Source: a virus (taxonomy: Duplodnaviria > Caudoviricetes). From it: 64,000 nt of DNA. This document shows, one piece after another, positions 29,072-40,250 of the stretch (the stretch's first letter is position 1; each line of letters starts with the position of its first letter). Location of the stretch: positions 32,001 through 96,000 of IMG/VR virus record IMGVR_UViG_3300033074_000806; one strand, 5' to 3'. The notes under the pieces are model-generated. The model made no database searches, was not told where the DNA came from, and saw nothing but the letters and a program-made list of their open reading frames with translations. The translations under genes were made by a program, and so were the position numbers.

Positions 29072-30702
29072 TGTATAGTATATCACCAAATTTAAACTGG
29101 AATAGTAGAACTTTATTTTCAAGTGTAGTAAATTCAGATGCCACAGGAAATGATCCAGGATATACAGTAGTTAATCTTGTTGGATCTTTAACGACTCCAA
29201 TTGGATTACAGACTACAGCTGTAGGTCTAGTGGATCAGAATGGTCAATGGACTTTAGCCCCTAAGCCTAGAACATTGCTGCCTGATCTTAGTATCTCTGG
29301 AGTATTTAACTATCCTAACTACTTCTTTTTTACTCAGCCATCTAATGTTGTTCCTATTGCCTATGGACTTGAAGTAGAAAGCTTTAAGTGTAGCACTGGA
29401 ACTTCTGTTCATGAGGCTTATACAGGAGTGGGTAAGGGCGCTTTTATTCCTACAATAGCAAATTATTTCACAGGCAAAGAGATAATAATAACTAGAGGGC
29501 AGCATGTGCCCTATGTGTTAGTAACAACAGCTACAGCTAGCTATGTTCAATCTACTGAAGCAGTTTTAAACTGCGGCTATTTTGGAACTGGAGTAGTTGG
29601 TGATTATGTTTATGTTGAGGCTGGCTCTAATGCAGGAATGGTATATAGAATAACTGGACAAGGAAATTCCTTCCTAGGTATTGAAGGAACAGATCTCTAC
29701 CTTGAGGGGCTTACCGGATCTGCAATATCTGCTGGTGATACTATATCTATTTGGCAAAGTAAACACATTACTGGAGAAAATAGTAACTATTATTACTTAC
29801 GGAATCGTAACCCACTATATCCAAACACTGTTTCTTTAGTAGGAACTCAAGGCTATTGTCCTGGTGGACAGATAGTTGCTGGTAGCTCTATTAATGGATT
29901 TAGAGAATACGTGGTAACATCTTCAGCCATAACAGGACAGAATGGTATTGTTTATGGTTCCAAGTTAAGAGAAGGCGATTACATTGTCTACACTAAGGCT
30001 GGTGGCGCGACATTAGATACAGCACAAATAGCTGGCTATAATAGCGCAGGCGGCATAGATACATTTTTCTTAAAGACAGGTGCAGGCAACGTAGGAATAA
30101 TTGACACCACTAATGCTACTGTATTCCTATTAAGTAATAACTACGTAGTAGCCAATGGCCCATTCCCAGGTGGTAAATATTCAGCCGTCCTAATGTCTGG
30201 CTTTTTACCATATAACAATAGCTTTGTATTACGTCCTGCTCCAACTTATACAGGCACTCAATACACTGGATCATTTAAAACTTTGCACGTAGAGAAAGTC
30301 GCTCAGGATGATATTTCTGTTGAAATCAGCTTTAACGAATATGATAGCAATGTAACTTCGATTGGCTCCAGAGCTCACTTCCATATAGGCCCTATATACT
30401 ATGGTAGCGAAATATTGACAGCCGGTGTATCTGGTTGTAGAGCCACACTCTACTCGCCACAGAGCAGCGCCCTAAACAGCATAAAGACTTGGACTATTCC
30501 AGCTAACTATGGAGTCGCCACAAAGTCTGGTTCAACACAAGACGGATCTTACTACGATTCCACTAGAGGCGTGTTTGTTCTAACCTATAATGCTGGTATA
30601 CAATTTGATCAAGCTAGAACCTATACTCTAGATGTTGAGGTTGTTGTAAATGGCCAGGTAATCAAACGCGTCATACCAGTTCCAACACAGCCTCCAATCT
30701 AA
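29071..30702 (+). CDS. putative tail fibre / baseplate peripheral protein
   Basis: 543 aa, Gly/Thr/Ser/Tyr-rich beta-type sequence, coupled to both neighbours. Confidence 0.45.
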   Translation: MYSISPNLNWNSRTLFSSVVNSDATGNDPGYTVVNLVGSLTTPIGLQTTAVGLVDQNGQWTLAPKPRTLLPDLSISGVFNYPNYFFFTQPSNVVPIAYGLEVESFKCSTGTSVHEAYTGVGKGAFIPTIANYFTGKEIIITRGQHVPYVLVTTATASYVQSTEAVLNCGYFGTGVVGDYVYVEAGSNAGMVYRITGQGNSFLGIEGTDLYLEGLTGSAISAGDTISIWQSKHITGENSNYYYLRNRNPLYPNTVSLVGTQGYCPGGQIVAGSSINGFREYVVTSSAITGQNGIVYGSKLREGDYIVYTKAGGATLDTAQIAGYNSAGGIDTFFLKTGAGNVGIIDTTNATVFLLSNNYVVANGPFPGGKYSAVLMSGFLPYNNSFVLRPAPTYTGTQYTGSFKTLHVEKVAQDDISVEISFNEYDSNVTSIGSRAHFHIGPIYYGSEILTAGVSGCRATLYSPQSSALNSIKTWTIPANYGVATKSGSTQDGSYYDSTRGVFVLTYNAGIQFDQARTYTLDVEVVVNGQVIKRVIPVPTQPPI

Positions 30703-33700
30703 ATGTTAAAGCCATCTAAGTTTGCTAGTAATCGTCCGAGACGTGGTGGTAACCTCCAACACGGTGGATTTTTATATACTCAAAGATCTACAGCGACTTA
30801 TCAAACAGAACTAACACTTACAAATGGTATTGTAAGCTTTACTTTTCAACAAGATAAAGCCACAGGCGTTCGCTTAAAGAGTTGTAAGTATCAAAATAAC
30901 GCTGAGATTTTAAATAGCACTTCATCCTTATGGGTTGTGCATGCAAACGCTGGTGAATTTGATGGAGAGTCATATGGAGTCTATCCCAGTGCCTCCACAT
31001 TCCAGTCTTCTTCTTTTGCTATACAGACGTTTTCTGGTGGCAAAAAAGCAGTATTTGTTTGGCGTAATGTCTATTTAGAACAGGATAAGAATCTATTATT
31101 TGACGCATATTATACTGTCACTTTATTAGACGGCTCTTCTCATCTCGATGCTTCTCTAGAATTAAGAGAGCCAGTAACGATATCTTCTATACCTACTATG
31201 TCTCAAGAGGTGGCTCTTGCAGCAGTATGTGTGTTGAACTTAGCCCTTCTTGATCCTACAGATGATAACAATGATAATTGGATGTTTACAACTCCAATGG
31301 GCTTAGGAGATACTGTAACTAATCCTATCAAAAATTTGAGAACTAACCTGCCTGTTCCAACTGTAAGCACAGATAATGGCAATCTAATTCAGGCTGGTGG
31401 GACTATTCTAGATGAGAACTACTACCCAGTAATTTTTTGGGCTCAGCCGACTCAATCACCAAAAGCCAGCACTTGTAGAATGTCTACAACTCATCCTGGC
31501 TTTATGTATATCCCGATGCTATCATTGGGAAATTCTTCGACTAAGAATGGTCTTTTGATCTATGCAATGGATCCAGATGGTCTTTCAGCAAAGAATTTTC
31601 AATGGTGGTCTGATGGTAGTAAGCTTCGCATACAGATCTGGGATTACTCTAACTATGAGGTAGATCCACACGGCCTAGGAGGAGAGTCTTCTATAGGTAG
31701 TCCTTATTCATTACGTTGGACTGCTAGACTTCGTCCTTTTAAGAGTCCTACAAAGCATGTTGATTTTTATGGACCCATGCTATATAGAACAGAAGCAGTT
31801 CCTAATCAAACCTATATAACTCAGCCATTATGGCAAAGAGCTTTAAGCGGGGAGATTGATCAACGAAGCGCCGAATCTACATTATTTTTACTCACTAGCT
31901 ACTTAAAAACTGGTGATGGCGCAACCTTTATTGATGCATTAACTACCTATCAAAATTTAATAAAGACCGGCTTTATGGTAGATTATACGCCATTAGTATG
32001 CTGCCATGCTATGGCAAATAATGGACTACCTGCAACTGGTCAGACATGGAGCTGGTTTAGCTTTGCTACTGGTGCAACGGGTGTCTTAAACAACTATAAG
32101 TTGCCGGATGTATTGCCACCTAACCCAGTCTGGTCCACAGTCTGGGATAAGTTAGCGGCAAGTGGCGCGTCTGTAAATACTTATGTAGTAAAGAACGTAG
32201 TTCAGCCTTATGATACTACAGTAATGATTCCTTATTCTGGTTATGATCTAATCATAAAAGGACGAAATTACGCTGACTTTATAATGACTAAAGACCGGTT
32301 TGAAACTGGTGTCAGCTTTGCCGAAGGTGGTAATAGCATCTTCTCTGTAGATCAAATTGGATGCTGGACAGCACCACTGATTAAAAATCAATACTACAAC
32401 ATATTTAAAACTCTAGCACAATCTGGAACACATATGTATGCAGATACCCTAGGAAATTTTCCTGGGTGTTATGCGCATAATCATATCTATAGAGAGGCTG
32501 GAACACTAATAAGCTATACTCATCCTAGAGCTGGTTACTCTAGGTTCTTCAATGAGTTAATATATCAAGACTATATTTCTGCTTTTAGATCTGGGGCGTC
32601 TGGTTATTTAAGTAGACCAAATGCGACCAGAACTGATCTTTTATCAACAGCCGAATTCCCAACTGATATTTATTTAAGCTATAAGACTAGCGCATCTGCT
32701 ACTAGAGTTGGGGACAACTTCCATAAGCAGCACTATTCTATCAACCCATTTGACGCCTCGGCTTTTTATCGACTATCACCTTATTGGCATCTATTAACGC
32801 CCACTATGTTTATAGTGCATGGCAATAGATTCTATAATGGTGGATACTACGCACATGGTGGTAATGTTGGAGATAGTAACAATCAATCCTATATATACTC
32901 AGGATTTAGTGGCTTTGGACCTGGCATAACTACTACTTTTTATACTACGACAGACAGAGCTTTTAGATCTACCTGCTTCTCACAAGGCCTAGCTAAAGAA
33001 GCTTTGTATGGAGGTAGAGTAGTAATTGACCATAGAGGGGCCGAGTCTACCGGTGATGCTGGCATTGGAACTGGCATATTTACAAGAGAATCTTCTTGGA
33101 TTACTGGTAGTAATTGGACAGGTGTTTCTAGCTTTATTTCCGAATGGTTTAGAGTTGTGGGTGTAACTAAAGAATATCAGCCACAAGGATTGCTATACCC
33201 ACCGCTTGAAAATTGGGCCTGTGGGGCAACTGGCCATGCATTTAATTATGAACAAAATGCAACTAGATTTTCTAGACACACTGGGGCTTCTGGAGAAGAC
33301 GCAATTCTGCACACAGTAAGAAAGCATAGATCCAGAAGTAAATATTTGATAACAATGTTAAATTGGACAACTGGATCTACTACATTCAGTGGACAGTTTG
33401 TTCCAGCAGTTTACGGTATAAGCGGATCATATGACGTATCTAGAATTTATACAGTAACTGGAGAAGTAGATCCACTAACACCAATTTCAATTGGAGATAG
33501 AATTTTACAGGCTAGCAAAACTGGCGGCGACTATCTATTCCAAGTTACTATACCTCCTAGATCTAGCTATTTGCTCGAAGTCACTCCAAAGAGTATAGTC
33601 GGCAATCTAGCATATATTGATTTAGTTAGTAACTACATTAATGTAAGATACTCATATAATGCCACAGTCTTAGCTGCTGTTTCTATGACTATTGGTTATA

Positions 33701-35199
33701 GTTACGGTAGCCAATGTGTTGAAGTAATTGATCCACCTTACGCCGGCTACATGGGCGCAGCTACACAATCGATATTAAATAATCTTCCACAATGGATGGA
33801 GATGCGTCAGAAAACTGATTCTGTAGGTTATAAATTTGTTAACTCATGGGGCATGGCAATCGAATCTGTAGTTAATCTAACAAACAATAAACTACGCAAT
33901 CTATTTTCTATAACTGCCGACAAGTCTTCTAGATTCAAGCTATTCCGTGGATCAGTAACTACTAGAGAAGCTTTTGAAAATAGAGCATCTCGTAATTTAC
34001 TATTGAACTCTGGATTTGGATTAAGAGACGTCGCCAGATCTAAACTGCCTTTAGGCTGGACTGACTATGGCAAACCAGAATACCAGCAAGTATATTTGGA
34101 TACTTTAAATAGCTTTGCTGGATCATACTGCATCAAGATGCTAGATAATTGTATTCTAAGTCAATTAACTGACATAAATAAAAATGTCACTAAATTGATA
34201 GGCTCTGTTTATGTAAAAGGAACAGGCATACTTGGTAGCTTAGTTTTATCTATACAGACTATTGATGGTATCAATTTTAGTGCTGAAGTTCCAATAGAGG
34301 GAGAAATTTCTAATTGGCAAAGATTTATAGCTCCAGTAAGAATAGACTCAGAAGTATATCAAGTTCAAACCACTATTAAGCTAAAGACTGGAACTATGTA
34401 TGTTGCATGTCCACAGCTTGAAATCTCAGAGTCTGTTACAGAATGGCAGCCCAACCTAATAGATAAGCCGCGCTATATTGAGTATACTTTACCATATAGA
34501 TTTGCACAAGCCATATCCAATGTAGGGACTATTAGCCTACACCCAATCGGTGACATTGAAGACTTTACAACCATTAGTGTTCCTACACGTGCAGAAGTAG
34601 CACAGCCAATTTCTGAAAACAAAGAATATATAAATAATCAAACTTTTGGAAGAAAAATTGACTTTTATAAGTCATTACATACAACAAAATGGATAGCCAG
34701 AGATGGCGATCTCTGCCTAGTAGATCAAAGTTCTGATTTTGAGGTTTACAAAACTTATGAAATCAAAGATATTAGGTGGTATGAAAATTTTGGTTATGGA
34801 ACTAAACAGCACTGTAATGTGGATCGAGCTGTATTAGCCACAACAATTTATGATGATTTATTATTTGCAGTATGTAAAGAAACATATCGCAATAGAAATA
34901 TGTATGTGCTAAAAGTAATGAAACCACAAGTTCCGCCTAATTTTGGTGATTATATAGAATGCTTTGCAGATATAGAACTTCCAATTTCTTTAATAAACAC
35001 CTACGCACTAAATCAAATTTCTGATGAAGTGCAGACTATTACGTTCTCAGACTCAGATAATAAGTGGTTAAAGATAACCACTACTTTGGGTCGCACCATT
35101 CATATAAGACTTTATTACGATTATTACTATATAAATCCCTCTAATAGGAATGTTTACACAATTGAAGATTACGGTATCTGCAAGATACAGGTGATATAA
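30703..35199 (+). CDS. baseplate protein with N-terminal DUF6259-like putative glycoside hydrolase, wedge-like segment and CBM4/9-like domain (1498 aa)
   Basis: GLLIYAMDPDGLSAK, MYADTLG...CYAHNH...HPRAG and LSTAEF resemble DUF6259 TIM-barrel proteins. ILNNLPQWMEMR...GYKFVNSWG is wedge-like. RNLLLNSGF...GWT...YVACPQLE is CBM-like. Confidence 0.5.
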   Translation: MLKPSKFASNRPRRGGNLQHGGFLYTQRSTATYQTELTLTNGIVSFTFQQDKATGVRLKSCKYQNNAEILNSTSSLWVVHANAGEFDGESYGVYPSASTFQSSSFAIQTFSGGKKAVFVWRNVYLEQDKNLLFDAYYTVTLLDGSSHLDASLELREPVTISSIPTMSQEVALAAVCVLNLALLDPTDDNNDNWMFTTPMGLGDTVTNPIKNLRTNLPVPTVSTDNGNLIQAGGTILDENYYPVIFWAQPTQSPKASTCRMSTTHPGFMYIPMLSLGNSSTKNGLLIYAMDPDGLSAKNFQWWSDGSKLRIQIWDYSNYEVDPHGLGGESSIGSPYSLRWTARLRPFKSPTKHVDFYGPMLYRTEAVPNQTYITQPLWQRALSGEIDQRSAESTLFLLTSYLKTGDGATFIDALTTYQNLIKTGFMVDYTPLVCCHAMANNGLPATGQTWSWFSFATGATGVLNNYKLPDVLPPNPVWSTVWDKLAASGASVNTYVVKNVVQPYDTTVMIPYSGYDLIIKGRNYADFIMTKDRFETGVSFAEGGNSIFSVDQIGCWTAPLIKNQYYNIFKTLAQSGTHMYADTLGNFPGCYAHNHIYREAGTLISYTHPRAGYSRFFNELIYQDYISAFRSGASGYLSRPNATRTDLLSTAEFPTDIYLSYKTSASATRVGDNFHKQHYSINPFDASAFYRLSPYWHLLTPTMFIVHGNRFYNGGYYAHGGNVGDSNNQSYIYSGFSGFGPGITTTFYTTTDRAFRSTCFSQGLAKEALYGGRVVIDHRGAESTGDAGIGTGIFTRESSWITGSNWTGVSSFISEWFRVVGVTKEYQPQGLLYPPLENWACGATGHAFNYEQNATRFSRHTGASGEDAILHTVRKHRSRSKYLITMLNWTTGSTTFSGQFVPAVYGISGSYDVSRIYTVTGEVDPLTPISIGDRILQASKTGGDYLFQVTIPPRSSYLLEVTPKSIVGNLAYIDLVSNYINVRYSYNATVLAAVSMTIGYSYGSQCVEVIDPPYAGYMGAATQSILNNLPQWMEMRQKTDSVGYKFVNSWGMAIESVVNLTNNKLRNLFSITADKSSRFKLFRGSVTTREAFENRASRNLLLNSGFGLRDVARSKLPLGWTDYGKPEYQQVYLDTLNSFAGSYCIKMLDNCILSQLTDINKNVTKLIGSVYVKGTGILGSLVLSIQTIDGINFSAEVPIEGEISNWQRFIAPVRIDSEVYQVQTTIKLKTGTMYVACPQLEISESVTEWQPNLIDKPRYIEYTLPYRFAQAISNVGTISLHPIGDIEDFTTISVPTRAEVAQPISENKEYINNQTFGRKIDFYKSLHTTKWIARDGDLCLVDQSSDFEVYKTYEIKDIRWYENFGYGTKQHCNVDRAVLATTIYDDLLFAVCKETYRNRNMYVLKVMKPQVPPNFGDYIECFADIELPISLINTYALNQISDEVQTITFSDSDNKWLKITTTLGRTIHIRLYYDYYYINPSNRNVYTIEDYGICKIQVI

Positions 35200-37695
35200 A
35201 TGCCAAATTATAATACATTTAGTTCTCATAGCCCAACTGGAGCAGCCATAACTGGTGCTAGAGTTGTAGTATCTCCTAATGAATATGCGCCTGAAGGCCG
35301 TCGTATAGAATTCCCAGCTAACTTTAGTGTTTATGTAAATAAACAATCAAATATAGATGGCTCATTCCAAGTAGCAGAAGAACATTATTTGACACAGATA
35401 GTAGGCACACGACTCTATTTGTATCATAGACCACTTGTAAATAGCAATGGAACAATCACCACTATAACTAGTAGTGATGGAACTATAGCTACTAGCAACA
35501 CTAATGCTAAGCAAGGATACATAGAATTTTCAGCGCTTCCCACGGCCAGCAGCTTTGTAATTACTTACAGCGCATCTCCTGATTGTGTTTCAATGTGGCA
35601 CTTTAACACATTGCAAGACGATGTAATGGAGATTCAAAAAACTATTGGTGTAACAAACTATACAGGTTGGCCAGGCCTACGCCATGTTGGATATGCATTA
35701 GCTAATGATCCTGCAGACAATATAGCTTCACTATTTAGTAATGCTCTATACCTACAACATTTAAATAAAAACCTTCGCATATCATCTACTGAAACAGCTG
35801 GTTATTATCCTACACTGGGCTCAGGACATTTAATTCAAGTTGGGTCAAGATACGATAAAGTTAATCTAGAAGGAACTGGAATAACTCTTGCAGCCAATGT
35901 TGAAGCTACCAATCCTTTGGCTACTATATCCACTGTAATCGAGCTAGGTAATAATACTGGAGATAGGATAACTTACCGCGGATCGTTGTCTGGAGAAGGG
36001 CAAACTACAATAGGTGGCGCACTATGGCCTAACCATTCAGGTGCTCTTGGTTCCATAACTACAGCACAGTATACTGGAGCTATGCTCCGAGTTAATGGAA
36101 ATGAAACTATTTTAGGAAACCTATATGTAAATGGTGCCGTAACTGTTGTCCATTCAACTGGTGAGACTTCTACTATATTAGGAGATTTCACTGTTAATGA
36201 CGAGCTGTTTGTCAATGGTGTTTCTCATTTAATTGGTCCTGTAGAAACTAACAACGTTACAGTAAATCAAAATTTAATCTATGAAGGAAATTTGATTGCT
36301 GGTAACTCAGCAGGTGCAGGAGCGGACGGCCATTCAGTTGTAGATAATTTAGATGCGTCAGAAGTTGCTCATACATATAAGTATGCTATGAAGCGCAATC
36401 TAAGAAATTATATTGTAGCTGCTCCTAAGTATTATGGAACGGTTTTACCAAAACGAGGCGCGTATACACCTAATGGTTTTATAAGCAGTGGTAACTTTGT
36501 TGGAGAAATATTTAACTATTCTGGCCTATTAAACGCTGCTGCAAGTTCTTCTGGCGCCTATCTATCCATACTACAGCTACTGTGCACTGGAACTAGAATG
36601 GCTATTGTTAGCGGCTTTTATACAGGCATACTTGGCTTTGTGGATGGCGGCTGGTTCTCTAAAGGAATGATGGATCCAGGGGCTCTACACATAGATCTTC
36701 CTACAAAAAATTATAGCGCTCCAATATATGGCTATACAGTAGAAGAGTTAACTGGAACAGCAAGTGGAGAGATACGCCGCCTTAATGTGTATACACCAGA
36801 GCAGCCTACTGAGAGCACACTAGGTAATCCTCCATACTCTTTGTATTCGCCTGGAGCTAGACACTGGCAATTTATTGATGATGTAACAAGTAATGCTACT
36901 GATCCTACAATAAGAATTTCAGCCACTAATACAAGTCCACTTGTCATAGCATTTGATGAAGAGATTAGAATACTCAACGCTAATAGCCCTAACATATCCA
37001 TAGCAACTACGGCTGGTCATGCCGTATCTGGATCTATAGACACATCACCTACTGGGGTTGTTTATGTGTTCGCTAGTCGCAACTATAATTCTAATATAGA
37101 AACTACTCCTACTTTTATAACAAGAGCAATACCTTTTGCAATGCCGGGAGAAGTAGCTGTAGGCGAAGTTTGCTTGACTAGAACTGGAGTGACTGAGTGG
37201 AGAGTAAATGAAATAACTTCCTACAGGCCGGGTGGTTATTATGACTCTGCTTGGATACCAATCAATACTGCTGTCGATACTGTATCAGGTAGATCAACAC
37301 CAAGAATAAATTATGGCAGCACAAATGCTTCAACCAAGTTATACTTTAATCATAATCTTGGTTGTGATTTAGATTTTGCATATGTAGATTTCAAACTATT
37401 CTTAGGAGCTTATGGCACTAAGGATGTAACTACATTATGGCCAAACAAATTTAATACATTTAGCCACAGTCTATTTGGACACGATCATAGACGGCAAGTT
37501 GGTTTGAGTGGTGCCTTTACTGTTGTCGATCTAAATAATCGCGGAAGTAATGCTTCAACTCAAAATGATGCTAGCCTGTTCTATCTTGATGGCCGACTTG
37601 CTGGAGTTCAAATTTCCGAATCCTTATTAGCACCTACACAAAGTGGCGTTACAGCCTTTAACTACTTGAGACTAATAGCAAAGAGAACTGAATGA
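35200..37695 (+). CDS. tail fibre-like protein (831 aa)
   Basis: HFNTLQDDVMEIQKTIG coiled attachment motif. LRVNGNETILGNLYVNGAVTV...GDFTVNDELFVNG beta-helix/shaft repeats. YDSAWIP...FNHNLG C-terminal fibre motif. Confidence 0.6.
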   Translation: MPNYNTFSSHSPTGAAITGARVVVSPNEYAPEGRRIEFPANFSVYVNKQSNIDGSFQVAEEHYLTQIVGTRLYLYHRPLVNSNGTITTITSSDGTIATSNTNAKQGYIEFSALPTASSFVITYSASPDCVSMWHFNTLQDDVMEIQKTIGVTNYTGWPGLRHVGYALANDPADNIASLFSNALYLQHLNKNLRISSTETAGYYPTLGSGHLIQVGSRYDKVNLEGTGITLAANVEATNPLATISTVIELGNNTGDRITYRGSLSGEGQTTIGGALWPNHSGALGSITTAQYTGAMLRVNGNETILGNLYVNGAVTVVHSTGETSTILGDFTVNDELFVNGVSHLIGPVETNNVTVNQNLIYEGNLIAGNSAGAGADGHSVVDNLDASEVAHTYKYAMKRNLRNYIVAAPKYYGTVLPKRGAYTPNGFISSGNFVGEIFNYSGLLNAAASSSGAYLSILQLLCTGTRMAIVSGFYTGILGFVDGGWFSKGMMDPGALHIDLPTKNYSAPIYGYTVEELTGTASGEIRRLNVYTPEQPTESTLGNPPYSLYSPGARHWQFIDDVTSNATDPTIRISATNTSPLVIAFDEEIRILNANSPNISIATTAGHAVSGSIDTSPTGVVYVFASRNYNSNIETTPTFITRAIPFAMPGEVAVGEVCLTRTGVTEWRVNEITSYRPGGYYDSAWIPINTAVDTVSGRSTPRINYGSTNASTKLYFNHNLGCDLDFAYVDFKLFLGAYGTKDVTTLWPNKFNTFSHSLFGHDHRRQVGLSGAFTVVDLNNRGSNASTQNDASLFYLDGRLAGVQISESLLAPTQSGVTAFNYLRLIAKRTE

Positions 37696-40250
37696 CCTGC
37701 TCAGAAAGATTTCTTAACATGGAAGGACAGATACTTCCACCCATTACTAATTACGAATACGAAGATAATCTAAGTATCCGTGGTATTAATGATAGATACT
37801 TTAGATTCGAAGATGTGTCTAGCGAGTCTGAGTATCTATTTATTGATAGAGTTAGAAATGGATATTTAGAATCTGGAGTGTTTCCAACAGGCACCGGTAT
37901 ACTTAACCTTAGGTTAACTGGTGTATTCGCAACAGGTATTACAAACTGGGCAGTAAGCGGCGCAACAGGATATTTAATTCCTCAATCTGGCGTAGATTTA
38001 AGTGGCCTTCCTGTTGTCACTGGTAGTGTAATGACTAGATCTATCTACGAGGGATATAGCGTTGCATTAGTAAACTATGATACAACTGGTAGTTATTTAA
38101 TACAGACAGGGATATCACTAACAACTGGAGCTCGTCATCAATTTTTTGCTCAGATTCAGCAGCCGTATGCTTACGGGAATATTACTAAAAATGTTTCTGT
38201 TCATATCATAGGCTATACAGGAGGTATACCTATAGCGTATTATGATCATGTTTCAGGAAGTTGGTATAACAATACCACGCCTCCAAACACGACTGCTACT
38301 CAGACACCTACTGGATTACGCTTTGAGTTTTATACAACTTCATTTCCTGGTGCAACTCCTACAAGCTATGCGGTTAGGATAGCATTAACGGGTGCTGCCA
38401 CCAAATCTACAACTGGTAATCCTATGATAGTCTTAGCTGATGATATTCATGTTGATGAATACTTAGCTAGAGATGCATTTACAGATGTAATAGTTCCAAC
38501 GGGATATCTAATTCAGATTACTCCTGATCTTGGATGGCATGATACCTTATCAATGTTTGGTGAAAGGAACAATGAAATTAACCCCCACCTAACAACTCTT
38601 GGTCCATATACTGTAGAACAAGAAAATCTGATTGATAATACAGACGGTAGCATTACCGCATTTCTATCAGAAGATGAAATGCAAAAGGCCACCAATGAGA
38701 ACTTTAGAAGTTACTTATGGCGGGCTATAGCTTTAGGACCAAACACCATAGGTGAAGGCGGCCTACCAAGAAGATTTACCTATGTTGGAAAAATATTTGA
38801 TAGCGAATTTACGATAAATAAGGTAGAAGACTCTGAGTCAATTATAAAAGTTATTACTGGAACCAAAGGCCAGCGAATGTCAGTTCTTGTAGACGAAGAG
38901 GCAAACCATCCAGGACTAGAATACCCAACAGCTAATAGCTGGAAGTTAACTATTCTTATGGATGTGGAATATAAGAAGCTAGCTATTAGAGGACAGGATC
39001 AGGGCGGTGGAGTAACTAGCGTTCGATACTTAGAGTTAAAATCAAATGCAGTAAGTGTTAGTGAGCGGCCTCTATGGAATATCTTTGACGATTTCGCGGC
39101 GCTACTGGACATCCAACGGCTACCAGATGAAGATAACTATAAGCTAATTGATAGAGTTAAAGATGCGGTTAATAATCCTGGAGCACCATATTATGAAGGT
39201 GTGCTAAATAGCTCTACTAGAGAACTAGGTATCAAAAAAGAATCAGCAGGCATAACCTTAGGTATATCAAAAAATTATATACCCTACAACTTGCGCGCGG
39301 TTGCTGTAGTAACTTCTATTGGAGTATTACTAAGAACAGATGATCTAATAACTACTGAGCTAGTTTACTTAGATCCAATAACACTAAAAGCTACAGTCTC
39401 CTATCCAATATATGATAATCCAATCATAATTGAAAGCGAGTATGGAGAAAAAATAGACGACAATGATATTGATTTTTATGGTGTAGATTCTGAAAATCCA
39501 GATCTATACTCTATTAAAATAGCTGATGAAAAAACGGCAGGGAAGTTATTAAAAATAACTTATCCATATTTTAGACTATACAAATATATTGATTATCCAT
39601 ATCTTGGACAATTGCTATTAGCTATAAATCAATTTACTGACTCTCTAAATCGAGAAGTAATTACTGCCACTATTGATCCCCAGCTATCAGGTTCTGAAAA
39701 CTCTGATGGATTGTTACTAGGAGAATATCCTATAACAGTAGATTCTTCTGTAGATATTGCTTGGGCTGCAATAGTTTTACGAAGAATATCTGATAGGTTG
39801 TTTAGAGACAGCTATAAAGACGATAATGAAAACCTTAGGAAGACCCGTTTTTATTCCTTCATTAAGGAATTAAAATCCAATACAAATATCGAATGGGGAA
39901 GCCTACGTTCAGATAGAGCTTACTGGGATGCTGCAAATAACAAAGACTTAGGGTTCGATCATTTAGAAACAAGATGTGATCCATCTATTGTGCAATATAC
40001 TAGTAATGATATTATACTAGATTCTATACATGCACATGGGCGAGGGCTCAGTGGCTACAGTGGAGAAAAAATTGATAACACAATATTAAACTATAACAGC
40101 TTCATTCCTGGAGTCGCTCACACATTCGATTTAGAACCGTCAGTATATATTACTCAATCTAAGGCGCCAATCTTATCTCAAGTGTTTAGTATAGTAGTTG
40201 GAGAAACAGGCAATTCATCTTTAAAGTATTTCACAGGTAATATTATCTAA
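37692..40250 (+). CDS. baseplate wedge protein (P2 gpI / T4 gp7-like core) with N-terminal carbohydrate-binding-like domains
   Basis: WNIFDDFAALLDIQRLPDEDN...RVKD...EGVLNSSTRELG at 39075-39230. TG-rich CBM-like N-terminus. Confidence 0.55.
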   Translation: MTCSERFLNMEGQILPPITNYEYEDNLSIRGINDRYFRFEDVSSESEYLFIDRVRNGYLESGVFPTGTGILNLRLTGVFATGITNWAVSGATGYLIPQSGVDLSGLPVVTGSVMTRSIYEGYSVALVNYDTTGSYLIQTGISLTTGARHQFFAQIQQPYAYGNITKNVSVHIIGYTGGIPIAYYDHVSGSWYNNTTPPNTTATQTPTGLRFEFYTTSFPGATPTSYAVRIALTGAATKSTTGNPMIVLADDIHVDEYLARDAFTDVIVPTGYLIQITPDLGWHDTLSMFGERNNEINPHLTTLGPYTVEQENLIDNTDGSITAFLSEDEMQKATNENFRSYLWRAIALGPNTIGEGGLPRRFTYVGKIFDSEFTINKVEDSESIIKVITGTKGQRMSVLVDEEANHPGLEYPTANSWKLTILMDVEYKKLAIRGQDQGGGVTSVRYLELKSNAVSVSERPLWNIFDDFAALLDIQRLPDEDNYKLIDRVKDAVNNPGAPYYEGVLNSSTRELGIKKESAGITLGISKNYIPYNLRAVAVVTSIGVLLRTDDLITTELVYLDPITLKATVSYPIYDNPIIIESEYGEKIDDNDIDFYGVDSENPDLYSIKIADEKTAGKLLKITYPYFRLYKYIDYPYLGQLLLAINQFTDSLNREVITATIDPQLSGSENSDGLLLGEYPITVDSSVDIAWAAIVLRRISDRLFRDSYKDDNENLRKTRFYSFIKELKSNTNIEWGSLRSDRAYWDAANNKDLGFDHLETRCDPSIVQYTSNDIILDSIHAHGRGLSGYSGEKIDNTILNYNSFIPGVAHTFDLEPSVYITQSKAPILSQVFSIVVGETGNSSLKYFTGNII

